A DNA stretch of 64,000 bases, from positions 186,001-250,000 of the forward strand of contig JASVEC010000014.1 in NCBI GenBank assembly GCA_030770535.1, in the 5' to 3' direction. The DNA is from Batkoa obscura. Lineage: Eukaryota. The notes under the pieces were generated by a model. The model did not search any database. It saw nothing but the letters and a program-made list of their open reading frames with translations, and was not told the origin of the DNA. The position numbers and the translations under genes are program-made. Below are positions 25,101 to 36,640 of the stretch, in pieces (positions within the stretch are counted from its first letter, which is position 1; every line of letters begins with the position of its first letter).

Positions 25101-26003
25101 ATTTTAGTTGGTATTAATAATCAATTTGCTGGTTTTATATCATTATCAGATATCTTGAGAACAGAAACATTAAGTGCTGTTAGATCTTTACGTAAAATGG
25201 GATTAGAAATAGCCATGGTAACTGGAGATCAAAAGATAACAGCGGAAGCCATAGCGAGAGAATGTGATATTCACGAAATTCATGCTGGTGTATCCCCTGC
25301 AGGTAAAGCCAAAATAGTAGCTCAAATGAAAGCCAATGGCTATTCTGTATGTATGGTGGGTGATGGTATCAATGATTCACCTGCTTTAGCGGATGCTGAT
25401 GTAGGTATTAGTATGGGTGGTGGTACGGATGTAGCTATGGAAGCAGCCGATATTGTATTAATGAAGTCAGATTTAATGGATGTAGTAGCCGCGATTGATT
25501 TATCAAGAGCTATATTCTGGCGTATTCGATTAAATTTTATGTGGGCAGTAGGATACAATGTAATTGCTATACCTTTATCCATGGGTTTATTTGTACCTAT
25601 CGGATTAAGAATGCCACCTGTAGTATCTTCAGCAGCTATGGCATTATCTAGTATCAGTGTTGTTTGTTCCAGTCTTTTATTGAAATTATATCGTAAACCT
25701 AGATTTGATTTTAATACCCAATCATTTATTAGAGATCCTCATAATACTGAAGAATGGCATTTCATTCCCAAATATTTGTATGAGAAATATTTACAAGTTA
25801 AATATCGTATACTTGGTACAGGGAATACCCAATATGCTCCTCTTGAAGATACTACAATGGTAGAAATGTTCCCTACTCATTCAGGTAATAATAATTTTGA
25901 AGCACAAGGGACTAGACAGGTTAATAGTTATGATTCTAAGAACAGAAATGAAGGGAGTCAAAGTCAATCCCATTTTGTTTTGATTGATGAAGAATTACTG
26001 TAG
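22128..26003 (+). CDS. CCC2: Copper-transporting P1B-type ATPase (Ccc2/ATP7 family), six N-terminal HMA domains, intronless
   Basis: Six GMTCxSC motifs; TGE, CPC, DKTGT, SEHPL, GDGIND, YN and MxxSS Cu(I) signatures. Confidence 0.97.
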   Translation: MLTNNPKTGSTILNVDGMTCQSCVKSISTSLLPITGLNDFEVSLELNQVSVQFEPPCTLETIKQTIEDCGFEVVSSSAEASKKNVVIISIDGMTCHSCVSSINSALKEVQSLVKADVSLELNQAEITFEEPCTVELLIQTIEDCGFGASKSNNNVDETTQFQFNVEGMTCQSCVKSIKAVLEPMEGMVKVEVSLEQNKVEGSFKTPCKLENIITSIEDCGFDVILDKTTLSVEIIEILVKGMTCQSCVKSIEASISNLEGIKTIKVDLSTELATVEFDSSKISKKQIMDGIEDCGFDAFENKGLAPSDKSTKDMINSEKASPSMSSASTLLPNSRSKFDISNIKIEGMTCSSCTSSIEKALKACPGVISCTVALMAQRGDVEYDPKTMTEAEIVSIINGLGFTAEAIKRSIKGSINLSVYGMTCSSCTSLIEREVIKKVGILDIKVNLSMESASVQFDSTLTGPREIIEHIKSLGFDAILETKTSTAQIESLNKTKEILMWRKHLNWCLLLATPVFLISKVFSHIPPLKALLDTKLLLGNFTVGIFLQLVLTIPIQFGVGRMFYINSYKALKHGNTTMDVLIAIGTSAAFFFSILSIIVDMCTSNDGSPTPPTCFFETSATLITFVTLGRYLENRAKAKTSTALSKLLSLTPSTCTLVKLDPPSEQKIPCELIQSGDLLKIFPGDKIPADGEVVSGTSDVDESMVTGEPLAVTKKEGSQVMGGTVNGLGSFIMKAGRVGDETTLSQIIKLVENAQVSRAPIQEFSDQVSRYFVPVVVILGIVTFIGWFIILSLYPEDFPQLNLEIHGIVMTSLTFAISVIVVSCPCALGLATPTAVMAGTGIGAQLGVLIKGGDPLEAAKGLNKVIFDKTGTLTTGKLSVVRSECILKESMITKEDFSLLVAAAEEGSEHPLGRAIVTNYREVLCLPTHDTKVNNFTSVTGQGIKAQVQLREKLSYDIVVGNSKLLLAEGYIIPSDFNEEKESEERLGHTVILVGINNQFAGFISLSDILRTETLSAVRSLRKMGLEIAMVTGDQKITAEAIARECDIHEIHAGVSPAGKAKIVAQMKANGYSVCMVGDGINDSPALADADVGISMGGGTDVAMEAADIVLMKSDLMDVVAAIDLSRAIFWRIRLNFMWAVGYNVIAIPLSMGLFVPIGLRMPPVVSSAAMALSSISVVCSSLLLKLYRKPRFDFNTQSFIRDPHNTEEWHFIPKYLYEKYLQVKYRILGTGNTQYAPLEDTTMVEMFPTHSGNNNFEAQGTRQVNSYDSKNRNEGSQSQSHFVLIDEELL

Positions 26004-26213
26004 TTGATAGGAGTCAGATGTTTTTAAAAATCTTTTGTGTTAAAAGAATTTTAAACTTTCTTTTTTTTTATAATAATAAATTTTGAAATGAATAACATAG
26101 TGTTTTTTATAAATTTTATTAAAATTAAATATATAATTTTTACTAGTTTTAAAATACTAAATTTAAACTATCTATTATAAAATTAAATAGTAACTTCTAT
26201 TGTTAAAATATAG

Positions 26214-26309
26214 ATATAGAGGTATATTTATGCTGGGTTTTTTATGCAGTTTTAAAAGTCAAAATACAATCATAATAAATAAAAAATCCCAGCATAAATT
26301 TATCTATAT
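26214..26309. repeat. Short inverted repeat / possible second mini-element
   Basis: ATTTATGCTGGGTTTTTTAT (26226-45) versus ATAAAAAATCCCAGCATAAAT (26279-99), with outer ATATAGA/TCTATAT. Confidence 0.6.
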
Positions 26310-26564
26310 TAAAAATAATTTAATAACTATAAAACTATCCGAACTTAAATTTAACTTTAAAACAAATTAGTAGAAGCTTTTTTATAATTGATGCATCCAC
26401 AAATTAACCTCATAAATAAATAATAAGCTTATTTATATTTTTTAAAATAAACTTTGATTTTTAATAAGTGCATTGCGTTTTAATTTAAATATAAATTTAA
26501 GCTAATGAAACAATCAATTAATTTTAAATAAACTAATTGAATTGAAATCTAAAATAAAAGTAAG

Positions 26565-26670
26565 ATATGGGAATGTATTTTGTATTTAAGAATTTTACTA
26601 ACAAATTTTCCGCCTAAATAGTGCTTAAAAAATGGAAAAAATAATGAAGCTGAAAAAAACACTTCCATAT
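26565..26670 (+). mobile_element. 99-bp MITE family copy
   Basis: ATAT + 26569-26666 + ATAT, between convergent gene 3' ends. Confidence 0.9.
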
Positions 26671-26806
26671 GATAAAAAAATAAAATGCTATATTATTGAA
26701 AAAATATAATTTCATAAAACTCCCTATTTTCTTTGCCATTAACTAAAAACTTTAAAAGTAGAGAAATTGGGATCATCAATACATGACCACTATATTTTCT
26801 TTTCCT

Positions 26807-29800
26807 TTAAAGAAATCCAGATTCATGAAGAAGTCTAGCAATTTTTTCTTCTTCTCTTTCTTTAGGTTCAAGAATTACGGACCTATCATAAAGCTGTGCC
26901 TCGGTAACTACATAATCCATCTTACTTAACAAATATTCTTGTAATTTGGGTACCGATTTTAAATAATAAGTAGAGTTTTGATATTGTTGAATTTCTCGAA
27001 TCAAATCAGCGGATTTACTTTGTTTAAAAAAATTAAATAATTTAGTATCAGCTATATAATCTGGGTTGCCATCTGCAATAAAAGTTAAGTCAGTTAAATA
27101 AACACCTAAAAAGGGTACACATGGTGGATTGATGGAATGTAATTGTTCTCTGTAAACTGCAAAATTACGTTCTGTATTCATGATTCTTTTAATTTCATCC
27201 AAATCCGTTTTGGCTCGTAAACTTACATTCTATATTAATATTAAATTATCATTATGATTATTATTTATCATGTTTTAATTATATTATTAATTACCTCCCA
27301 TGTTCTTTTAAGTCGGTGAATAGGTGAACTATTTAATCCAGCAATTAAAGACATTAACGTATTAAAATTATGCAACATCATACATTGCTAATAAATAAAG
27401 TCAATATAAAATTAATATGAGATTAATATAATATTATAAAATAATAATATATAGTAATAAAAACAATAATATATAATAATATAAAATAGTGATATATAAT
27501 AATATAAAATAATGATATAAAATAATGATATAAACTTACAACAGCAATAGCAATAAAATGTTTAATATATAAACCTCTAGTACGTATACTATCTTCAAAT
27601 AAGATAGTTAAAGCCACCCAATTACTAATTTGTGTCGACATTTTAATCATTTTTTTAACATTTGGTGCAGTTCCATCATTTCTACTCCAAGCTTTGTTTA
27701 AACATTCATTTGGTTTAATTAAATTGAATAATTGAGAATCAATTAATGTTAATTGCCTTGCAATTTCTAAAGGTTCCATATCTAAAAAGGAGTCATAATT
27801 TTTTGGTAATATTGGTATTGGCTCTTCTAATGATTTTTTTACCATTTTTTTAAATTCAGCTGTTTTTGGATCTAATCTTTTTTCAATGTGCTTCAATAAC
27901 TGAATAGCTTGTTGAGGTAATATATCTTTCATTATTGTTGATACATATTGTTTTAATTCCTCTAGTGCTTCCATATCTTCACTTTCTTGAAAATAATTTT
28001 CTACCCATGTTTTTAATATATTAAATATTCTTACTCGAATTACTTTTAATTTCTTCTCAAACCAAATTTCATATTCTGGCTGTGATAAATTATGTGGGGG
28101 TGGTAAATTAAATCGTTTAAATATTAATCGAAACAATTCAGAAGTTGAAACAAATGAACGATAGGTTAACATAAATGTAGCCATAAAATTAGGATCTAAA
28201 ATAAAATAAAATAAGTTAACATATTACATAAATATGATAATTAAAAAATAATAGTTACCAAAATTATCATGAAATGTTAAACATTCTACTAAACCTTCAG
28301 CAGTGCCGCCTCTAACTTTACTCTTCTCAAATACTAACATATCTGGAGTATAATCATGACCTAAAAACCAAGGTTTTTCTTCCATTGATTTATTATTTAA
28401 ACTATCTTTTGGACCATGACCTTTATTCATTAAAGGCACTTCTTTACCTAATAATTTCTTGAGTTTATCAGATGGACGAGTATTAATACGCGACATATTA
28501 TCTCCTCCTTTATTATTACTTCCATTAATTATCGAATCATTTGTTTCATCATCTGAACCAGATACAAACCCATTTTCTGAATACTTTAAATTAACATTAC
28601 TATACATGGGATATTTTTGAGTTTGAGAATTAAAAGAATTAGAATTTATAGATGAAGTTAATGAAGAATGGGAGAAACATCTTCTTATTGGTGGAGATAA
28701 TTCAATTAATGTCTGTTTTTCTATTGATTTATTTAATATGGTTGAGAATATGTTTAATTTACGACGTAATTCATTATATTCTTTCAAATCTTTTTCTTCT
28801 AAAACAAATTTAATTGCAATTAATAAATGATTTATTGATTTTTCAATTCGTGTTGTATTATTTAATATTTGATCTGTAGATCCAGTTCCATTCTTTGAAT
28901 AATTTTCAGTAATTGTTTTTGTTACCAATACTAATAAATTAATATTATCAAATAAAGTTTGTCGATAGGCATTAAACATAGCAACATGTTCACTACTAAC
29001 ATTATCTAATGAAAATTGATCTAATAATTTAACAAAGTGTCCAACTTCTTCAACTACTCTTCGAATTAAGTTGATTAATTGTTGGCTGATATCATTATTT
29101 TTTTCAAGACATTCAGATAATACTTCAATAGCATTAAAAGTTGTTTGTGCAGCTGAATTAAATTTTTTTAATATTTCTGTATTTGATTGTTGACTTTGAT
29201 CCCCGCCAATTTCACTTTCAATATCTTGATGACTACTTCTACGAGATTCATTATAATTATAACTATAATTATTAATTGGATTTCTTCTGTCTTTAGTATA
29301 AGAGGAGTTGGAATGCTTTACTTTATGGATTTGATAATTAATATTTTGAGAAGCAGAGCGAGTCTGTTGACGTAAATAAGTTTGATCAGCTGGTGGTATA
29401 ACTATTTTCATTTTAGAACTAATAGAAACTTGTTGTGCTACTTGTACAAATAGTCTAGATAACATCAGTATATTAATAGCTTCATTTTCTAATCTTTTTT
29501 GCATATCAGGTGGTGGCCATATACCTGAAGCTACTTTTGCCATTAAAACCAAATCACATAAAGATAGTAGTATTAACCGATGATAACCTTTAAGTAATTG
29601 ATGAGATTTAAATATTGGTGAATCACTTTCTGCTGTTCCAGAAGTAAGCAGCATTATTCGAATAGATTCTACGATTAATGAAGCATTCTTTAAATACTTG
29701 GTTTTGGAATGCATTTTTATAGTATAAATTAATTTATGTACATTACAAACTATATTACTTATAATCCCATCCCAATTCAAATTATCATTATTTAAATCAG

Positions 29801-30730
29801 ATGAATATAATAATGTTTGATGGGCTTTAGCTGGTATTAATTTAATCCATGTAATATCAGATAATGTAGATATAATAGAATGTTCACTCATCATCGAATA
29901 TCTTTTTTCAAACTAAAAAACATAAAAAATGTTATTAGTATTCATAATAATAACTTAAATCTAATTTTTTAATATTAATATCGTTATTTTATTTACCTTC
30001 TTTTTTTCTGAATTAATATTTGGTAGTTTCCAAGTACTCTCATCCGTTAGCATATTAAAATAATAAATTTTATTATTAGCGGTCATTTTTTTACACCAAT
30101 TTAAAGGTAAAGAATTAATCTCAGATAATGTATTTCCAGGTGGACAAAACCTAGGTAATATTTTATCTATAATAATTGAATTATTATTATTAGTATTATT
30201 AATATCTAGATTCTCTAGTGGTTTCTGAAATGGCGATGTAGGTTGCCAATCTTCAATATTTGCTATTGGAGGTTGTTGTGGTTTATTACTAATCTCTAAA
30301 CTACTAGTTTCAATACTATCAATACTTTTTTCATATCCATTATTAGTTTCACTTTTAATAGTTTGAGCTATCCAATTTTTAGTTCGATCAAACTAAATAA
30401 TAAATTAAATTCATTAAATTTATTAAACTAAATTTATTTTACCTGTCCATTATCCATTGAGTTTAAACTCTGCTTACTATTTTGGCCATTTAATTTTTGC
30501 ATAAAACTAGCTCGTTGATTATCATCAATATCAATTCTTTCAACAAAATTTTTTGGAAACCATCCTTTTTCCCCATTTTTTTCACCTTGACACCAACCGG
30601 ATTCTAGTTCAGTTAATACTTTGATTATCTCCCCTTTTTTAAACGATAAAGAAGCTTCATCGGATGAAAAGTAATCATATAAAGCCCTCACGGATTCCAA
30701 TGTTTCCGTACTATAAGATAACGATTTCAT
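26807..30730 (-). CDS. CDC25: Cdc25/Ste6-type Ras guanine nucleotide exchange factor (SH3, WW, RasGEF_N, RasGEF), multi-exon
   Basis: SH3 (VRALYDY...LSFKKGEII...GWFPKNFV), WW (LPLNWCKK...YYFN...STWKLP), REM (VRGGT..LVECLT, FMLTYRSF) and CDC25 domain (EIARQLTL, PPCVPFLGVYLTDLTFI). Confidence 0.93.
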
Positions 30731-31467
30731 AGTCAATGAACGTTATTTTTTTAATTAAAATGCTTCTTTATATATATTATAAGTTATTGAATAAAGAAAA
30801 TAAAGCGTAAGATAAAATCTCAAGATCGATATTTTGTTTTGTTCCAAAACTGGTCAATTATTTAGTTGCCACCCATTTTATGCAGCAAATAAAAGTCAGC
30901 CATTTAAAACTTAACGGCTTTATAATTAACTGAGAATTTGTTGAAGAAAATTATGATGCTGTTATGACCAATTAGAACACTGATTCTATGCTGTTTAAAT
31001 TTTTAAATTATTGATAGAACATTTTTTAGTGTATTACTAAACACTAAATGTTATATAAAAGCATATAGTGTTTCTAAGTAATATAGGCTATGTAAATTTA
31101 TTAAAGTAATTAAAACTAGTGTTAAATTACAAAACTTTTATCATCTAATAAATCCATAGATCAATATTAATAAAAATACTCAAATTTATTACTATCAAAG
31201 TAACCTGAATAAAATAACTCCCTGATTAATTAAATTACTACATTTTTTACATTAAAATATTTCGAAAAAATACTTTATCTGGTTAATTGTTGTATTATTA
31301 TACTGGTAATGAATTAATAGAATTAAAAGGGATATAAAAAAGGACAAATTGTTATTGTAAAGTTATTGGGTTAAATCATTAAAAATTAAAAATTAGAAAT
31401 ACATAAACATTCAAAAAGACTGTCAATTCTACACAATATGCTCTATTTATTATTTCTCCTTTCTTTT

Positions 31468-32506
31468 TTAAGCTTTGACAAAATCATGAACTGAAGCTAA
31501 CCAATTCATATATTCTTTTTGTTCTTTGAATTGAATATAATTTGGAATAAATAAAGCAAGATCAGTGGAAATACCTCTTTCTTCTAAATATTTTTCAAAT
31601 AAGATTTGTAAATCTTCTTCAAGATCATTGAATACTGGGCCACCATATAAAGCATGTCTTTTCCATTCAGCTTCAGCTCCATCTTCAATGGCTAATTTAT
31701 CGTCTTTATAATAAGTGACTAAATCGATGTTGAAATAACCATCTTCAATAACGGTATTGAAGGTAATGGTTCCAGAACCACTCTAAATTTAATTAGCACT
31801 ATTCTAATTATAAAGAATGTAATAGGTTTTTTACCTTAGTAATATCAATGGTAGCATGAATTGGTGGGTTAGGGATACTTTCTTCATCACCCTAAATAAA
31901 AAATAAGTCAATAAAATTCAAAAATACATAAGTTATAATTACTTCTTCAGCATCAAGTTCAGGAGCAGCAACATCAACATCCTTAATAGAGAAGATAACG
32001 TTGATACTAGATATATTTATTAATAATTACTAGTATTAAAATACATTTTTACTTACGTTTCATTACCAAAAGTGCGAGTTAAATGTATTTCGTCTTCTCC
32101 TTTTTTATCAGTAATCTTTTAAAAATTAATCAATATTTGAATTATTTAAATAGCTAATAATCAAATTTACTTTGAATGGCATTTTATCAATATAAGCTTT
32201 CATTTCTTCAGAAATTTCACTATCTCCTTCTTCTTTCTCATATTTTAGTTCTTCGTTAAGTTTATGAGATAAATCGGCATCAACTAAATAAAAGTAATTA
32301 TTATTAGTACACTCCATCTTCTTTATAAATAATAGTTAATTGAAATTACCTAATCCAGAACTTGATTTAAAATTTAATGAAGTTGAGAAAGCTTTGTTAC
32401 AGCTGATAACAGATGGTCTCATAAATTTAGTAACCATCATTTTGTTACTAGAGACATTAAGCTGACGTAAGGAATTGGTTAAAGATCTTAAAGCGTAGCG
32501 GGACAT
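31468..32506 (-). CDS. MAM33: Mitochondrial acidic matrix glycoprotein MAM33/p32 (multi-exon)
   Basis: Presequence-like N-terminus MSRYALRSLTNSLRQL; LSHKLNEELKYE; C-terminus YGGPVFNDLEEDLQILFEKYLEERGI...KEQKEYMNWLASVHDFVKA*. Confidence 0.93.
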
Positions 32507-32884
32507 TTTATATTTTAATGATAGATTTATAAAATTAAAAAAAATCGCAAATGATGAGCTTATTTTATTACGTTATTAATTTTTATGGGAGGTTAATGAA
32601 TGATTCTGATTCTTAGTTGAGAATTCATGGTTGAAAGGAGAGTTTTTATTTGTTCTTTGGAATAAAATGAATTTTGTTAAAAAATTTAGTTTGAGATTAG
32701 ATGTCAAAATTCAGTCTTATTTTCAATGGCATTTTTCAATTTTTATTTTTAATAAATCAAAGAGCATGCTCACAAACTAAAATTAATTATTGGATAATAT
32801 AAACACGATTAAAAATGCTTATACCATTATACAATTATAATAAAAAGAGAACACTAAGAACTTTATAATTTTAATTATTCAAAC

Positions 32885-33343
32885 ATGAGCTTTCTACAGC
32901 AAGAATTGAATCAAAAGAAGGACCCTAACATATGCAAGTACTATTTAGAAAAAGGAAGCTGTCAATATGGTAATCAATGTTGGTTTAAACATCCTTTAGT
33001 AACAGAAAGCACATCTAGAATAAATATATATAATCATGAATTTATGAAAGGGAATAACTTTCAGCCAGAGCATCAGAGTATAAAGAGTAAAAAAATTTGT
33101 AAATTTTATTTAAATAATTGTTGTAAATTTGGGCATCAATGTTATAATTTACATAACTATGAAAGTCGCGCAATAGCAAAGGATATCGAAGTGAGTGTAA
33201 ATCAATATTCAAGTGCTATTAATAATAATAATAGTTTATCGGATAACAATCGAGATATGGATAATCTAACAAGGAATCAATATTTTGATAAAAATTTGGG
33301 TTCCATACTTCATTTATTAAATGAACCAGAATTGTTTTTATAA
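32885..33343 (+). CDS. Small protein with two CCCH zinc fingers
   Basis: CKYYLEKGSCQYGNQCWFKH and CKFYLNNCCKFGHQCYNLH; divergent from MAM33 across 378 bp. Confidence 0.75.
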   Translation: MSFLQQELNQKKDPNICKYYLEKGSCQYGNQCWFKHPLVTESTSRINIYNHEFMKGNNFQPEHQSIKSKKICKFYLNNCCKFGHQCYNLHNYESRAIAKDIEVSVNQYSSAINNNNSLSDNNRDMDNLTRNQYFDKNLGSILHLLNEPELFL

Positions 33344-33615
33344 TTGTTATGCACAATAAATTGATATATTATTATTTATATATGGATTTTTGATTTTAAA
33401 TAATATTTAATTTTTCTAGTAATATTTGTCATAGTTTGTAATCCATGCTTGAACAAACGTTAAATATTTATTTATTTTTGTGAAAGTCATTTTGTATAAC
33501 AGTTACATGGTTTTATTAAACTATATTATATTTGTTAACTTCTGTATTAAAGTGATATATTTTTTCATACTCAATAGAGATTTATATATAAGAGTTTTTT
33601 TTTATTTCATTACTT

Positions 33616-33714
33616 GAGGGATGTCTTTTTTGGCTTCGTCACTTTTCCATCTTTTAAGCGCTATTTGAGCGGAAAATTTGTTAGCAAAATTCTTAAACAC
33701 GAAAATACATCCCC
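33616..33714 (-). mobile_element. 99-bp MITE family copy (no clean TSD; abuts a truncated fragment at ~33586-33615)
   Basis: GAGGGATGTC...AAAATACATCCCC, 99 bp. Confidence 0.88.
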
Positions 33715-33899
33715 TTATTATTATCAAAGAAAAATAAAAGGTTTCCATCATTTGAAAAAAAATAATAGGTTATTCTTATTCAAAATGAATATTAAGCATT
33801 TTAAATATATTAAAATAGTGCTCAAAAATGCTTATATACGGGGGTAAAAATAGATTTGTGATAGGTTTTGTTTTTTACTCTAACATAAAAAAATATACA

Positions 33900-34007
33900 A
33901 TATGGGGGATGTATTTTTGTGTTTAAGAATTTGACTAACAAATTTTCCGCTTAAATGGCGCTTAAAAAATGGAAAAAATAATGAAGTCAAAAAAAACACT
34001 CTCATAG
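33900..34007 (+). mobile_element. 99-bp MITE family copy
   Basis: ATAT-GGGGGATGTATTTTTG...AACACTCTC-ATAG. Confidence 0.9.
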
Positions 34008-34491
34008 TACTTGAAAAAATAGAAAAGTGTAAAATATTGCTCTGTCAGCCCCATGGTTAATTATAGCATAATAATCGTCTAAGCCGTTGTATTCTTGAGT
34101 TTAGAGACAATCAATCTCACGCTCTTAGTTTGATTTGCTATGAGAATTTCTAGCTTCATCTCAAAGAATATTATCTTCTTGTTTTGATATTTATACTTTT
34201 CAGAGTATAAAACAAATTTTAGAACACAATAATTCAAGGCTTTTTTAGCTGAATTATTCCCTGATATATCAAACATTTAATAAAACCACTAAGTTTACTT
34301 AATAGTATTTTACGTAGATTTTACATTAGTATTGTCTATTATATTTGTTTTACATAGTCTGTAGCCTATTACGTGCTATTCTTTATAATCTAAGTTTATC
34401 TTAGTCACATAAACTAAGACCTTTCGACTTATGGTGTAGTCAACCAGGCAATAGCTATTTTTGATTCCAATTACTGAGTACCAGATTTCAC

Positions 34492-34524
34492 AAAAGTAAT
34501 GAGATCAAAAAAACATCCTCATAT
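34492..34524 (+). mobile_element. Truncated MITE right end
   Basis: AAAAGTAATGAGATCAAAAAAACATCCTCATAT matches the family right terminus. Confidence 0.7.
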
Positions 34525-34678
34525 ATAAGAAAAGGTTTGGGTAATTTGGATAATTCAGTCTCTAGTTTTAAAAGTATTAGGTCAAAAGCTCTGAAATATA
34601 GACGAAAGCCTTAGAGTAAAGAATTAAGAGGCTGAGAGAGCTGGTAACTTTATATCTGTAAGTTTAAGCTATGAATCC

Positions 34679-34785
34679 ATATGAAGACGTATTTCTATGT
34701 TCAAGAATTCTACTAATAAAATTTCTGCTCAAATAGTGCTTAAAGGATGGAAAAAGTAATGAAGCCAGAAAAAACATCCATATAT
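34679..34785 (+). mobile_element. 99-bp MITE family copy (diverged)
   Basis: ATAT + 34683-34781 + ATAT. Confidence 0.85.
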
Positions 34786-35231
34786 ATTAATATCCTTTTC
34801 AGGTTAGATTTTCATCTCCTTTTAATTCTAATTATTATTATTACAATTTGGGTTCAGTAATCGATTATGAATTAGAAATTCTAAACCCCCTCAATAAAGA
34901 TAGCCTTATCAACACATTCTATGGTACAATACTTTTAAAGATGAGCTCGTTCTCACAAATGAAAGAACTGGTCACTATTTCCTAATCTCTCTTACATACA
35001 TTTTATTGGAATTTTTCTCAAATAAAACACAAAGGCTGAAAGACTTTGAATTAAAAATAATATTTTATAGCTTGATTTAAATTTTTTTAAAATTACTATA
35101 TAGCATGATGATTTTAAAAAAAACCGTGGCTAGATATCAATCATTCAATGCTCTTAAATTACTAACTTGCAAAGCTTTAACATTATGATAATAGTATTAT
35201 CGATTTTTTGTGAATGACTAAAAATTTCAGT

Positions 35232-35337
35232 ATATGGGAGTGAATGTTTTTTTAACTTCATTATTTTTTCCATTTTTAAGCGCTATTTAAGCGGAAAAAT
35301 TGCTAGAATTCTTAAACACAAAAATACATCCCCATAT
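35232..35337 (-). mobile_element. 99-bp MITE family copy
   Basis: ATAT-GGGAGTG...AAAAATACATCCCC-ATAT. Confidence 0.88.
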
Positions 35338-35339
35338 AA

Positions 35340-36640
35340 TAACTACTATTGACATGTGGTGAATCGGTCAGTTCAATAAAAATAGGTTCTGTGATAAAAG
35401 TTAGAGGCTTATGTTTGATTTATATTTATATACTATTAATATTATAGCTGTCCTATTACTAAAATAACACCAAAGATGCCACCTAAGATGATCCCAATTA
35501 ATGAATTATTATTATTATTATTTATAGTGCTCTTATGAATATTTTTTGATCTTAGATCATTTTCCTCATTTTGATCCATTGAAAGCGTACCATCTACTTG
35601 CATCCAGTCAGTTACATTAAATAGTTGAATTCTATTTGAACTTTCCGAAATATTTAAAGAAACATAAATGTTTGTTCCATTGTTGAACAAGCGTGTGCTA
35701 ATAACATACTTATCAAAGGAGTTATTAGATACTTTTTATAAGTATCAAGACATCCACATGCAATGAATATAGCTGTTTTATTTAATCCTCTAAAACCCTT
35801 TAATTGGAATTGAAACTCATAAATCCTAACTTGAATAGTGCTACAAGAATCAAAAATAAAATAAACTGAGTCAGTGGATTTTATTATAGAAAAACTTGGA
35901 TGCTTGGAAAAACCAATGCTATATTTCTTTACCTTATGTGATGTCAAATCTAATTCATATGATAATTTAATATTACTAATGAACTTTGATTTATTTCTTG
36001 ATTTTTTGAAAAGTATAATTTGTTATTATCAACGAATCGTTGATATATAAAGTAATCTTCGTTCCACTTATGAATTGTTTTATCTCATTAGTTTAAATAT
36101 TGAATAATACTAATTTCATTCATAAATAAAGTCCATTAACAATATATATTCTTTGCATTTTTCTCATCCTGTAATACATTAAAGCAAGCATTACAAGGGA
36201 TTTAATGCTTTTCAGGAATAGGCATATTATATACATATTAAGGTTGAGTGGTATTATGTTCGCTATGCCATTCCTTCTTTTTAATATCAAAATAGTTATA
36301 ATATAGCATTGGTTCTGGTTTATATTGGTCAAAATGAATCAACATCCTATTGGCAACAGAGAATAGTCTATCTAATGGATCTAAAAAAATTGACGAATTT
36401 GGCATGCTATGTATGTGCTTCCTATCCCATGGTATTAACAATTAACTTAGCTCCTCCTTTCAAATTCAATTTAAATAATTGTTTATTATACTTTTTTGTA
36501 TTTCTATTTGGTATATGAACCTCTCTGCCCAAGTAATATAATTCGTCATCTACTATAGTGCATTTACGACTACCTACCCTTGGTAATGTTACATTGATTT
36601 CAAAAAATAAAATATGAATAAAAAACAATAGCAATTAAAT
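35340..36640 (-). pseudogene. Frameshifted remnant of a secreted/single-pass Kelch-like beta-propeller protein
   Basis: Fragments in several minus frames: hydrophobic N-terminus, then PRVGSRKCTIVDDELYYLG, IQLFNVTDWMQV, and TM segment SLIGIILGGIFGVILVI. Breaks look like frameshifts and stops rather than introns. Confidence 0.55.

Noticed and set aside
22118..25582. Minus-strand ORFs overlapping the Cu-ATPase (and similar ones over GCD6, BRWD, NVJ2, VWA)
   Set aside because: Antisense shadows of real coding sequence, with no independent motifs.
27389..27538. Hydrophobic Tyr/Ile-rich tail of ORF 27423..28184 suggesting a TM segment
   Set aside because: Read-through into an AT-only intron; the RasGEF domain resumes in the next exon.
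32551..32609. ATGATGA...CTGA resembling a C/D box snoRNA
   Set aside because: No convincing terminal stem or recognisable rRNA guide, and it lies in the MAM33 proximal promoter.
33616..35337. CRISPR-like interpretation of the repeated element
   Set aside because: Copies are ~99 bp, irregularly spaced, in both orientations, with TSDs, in a eukaryotic context with no cas genes.
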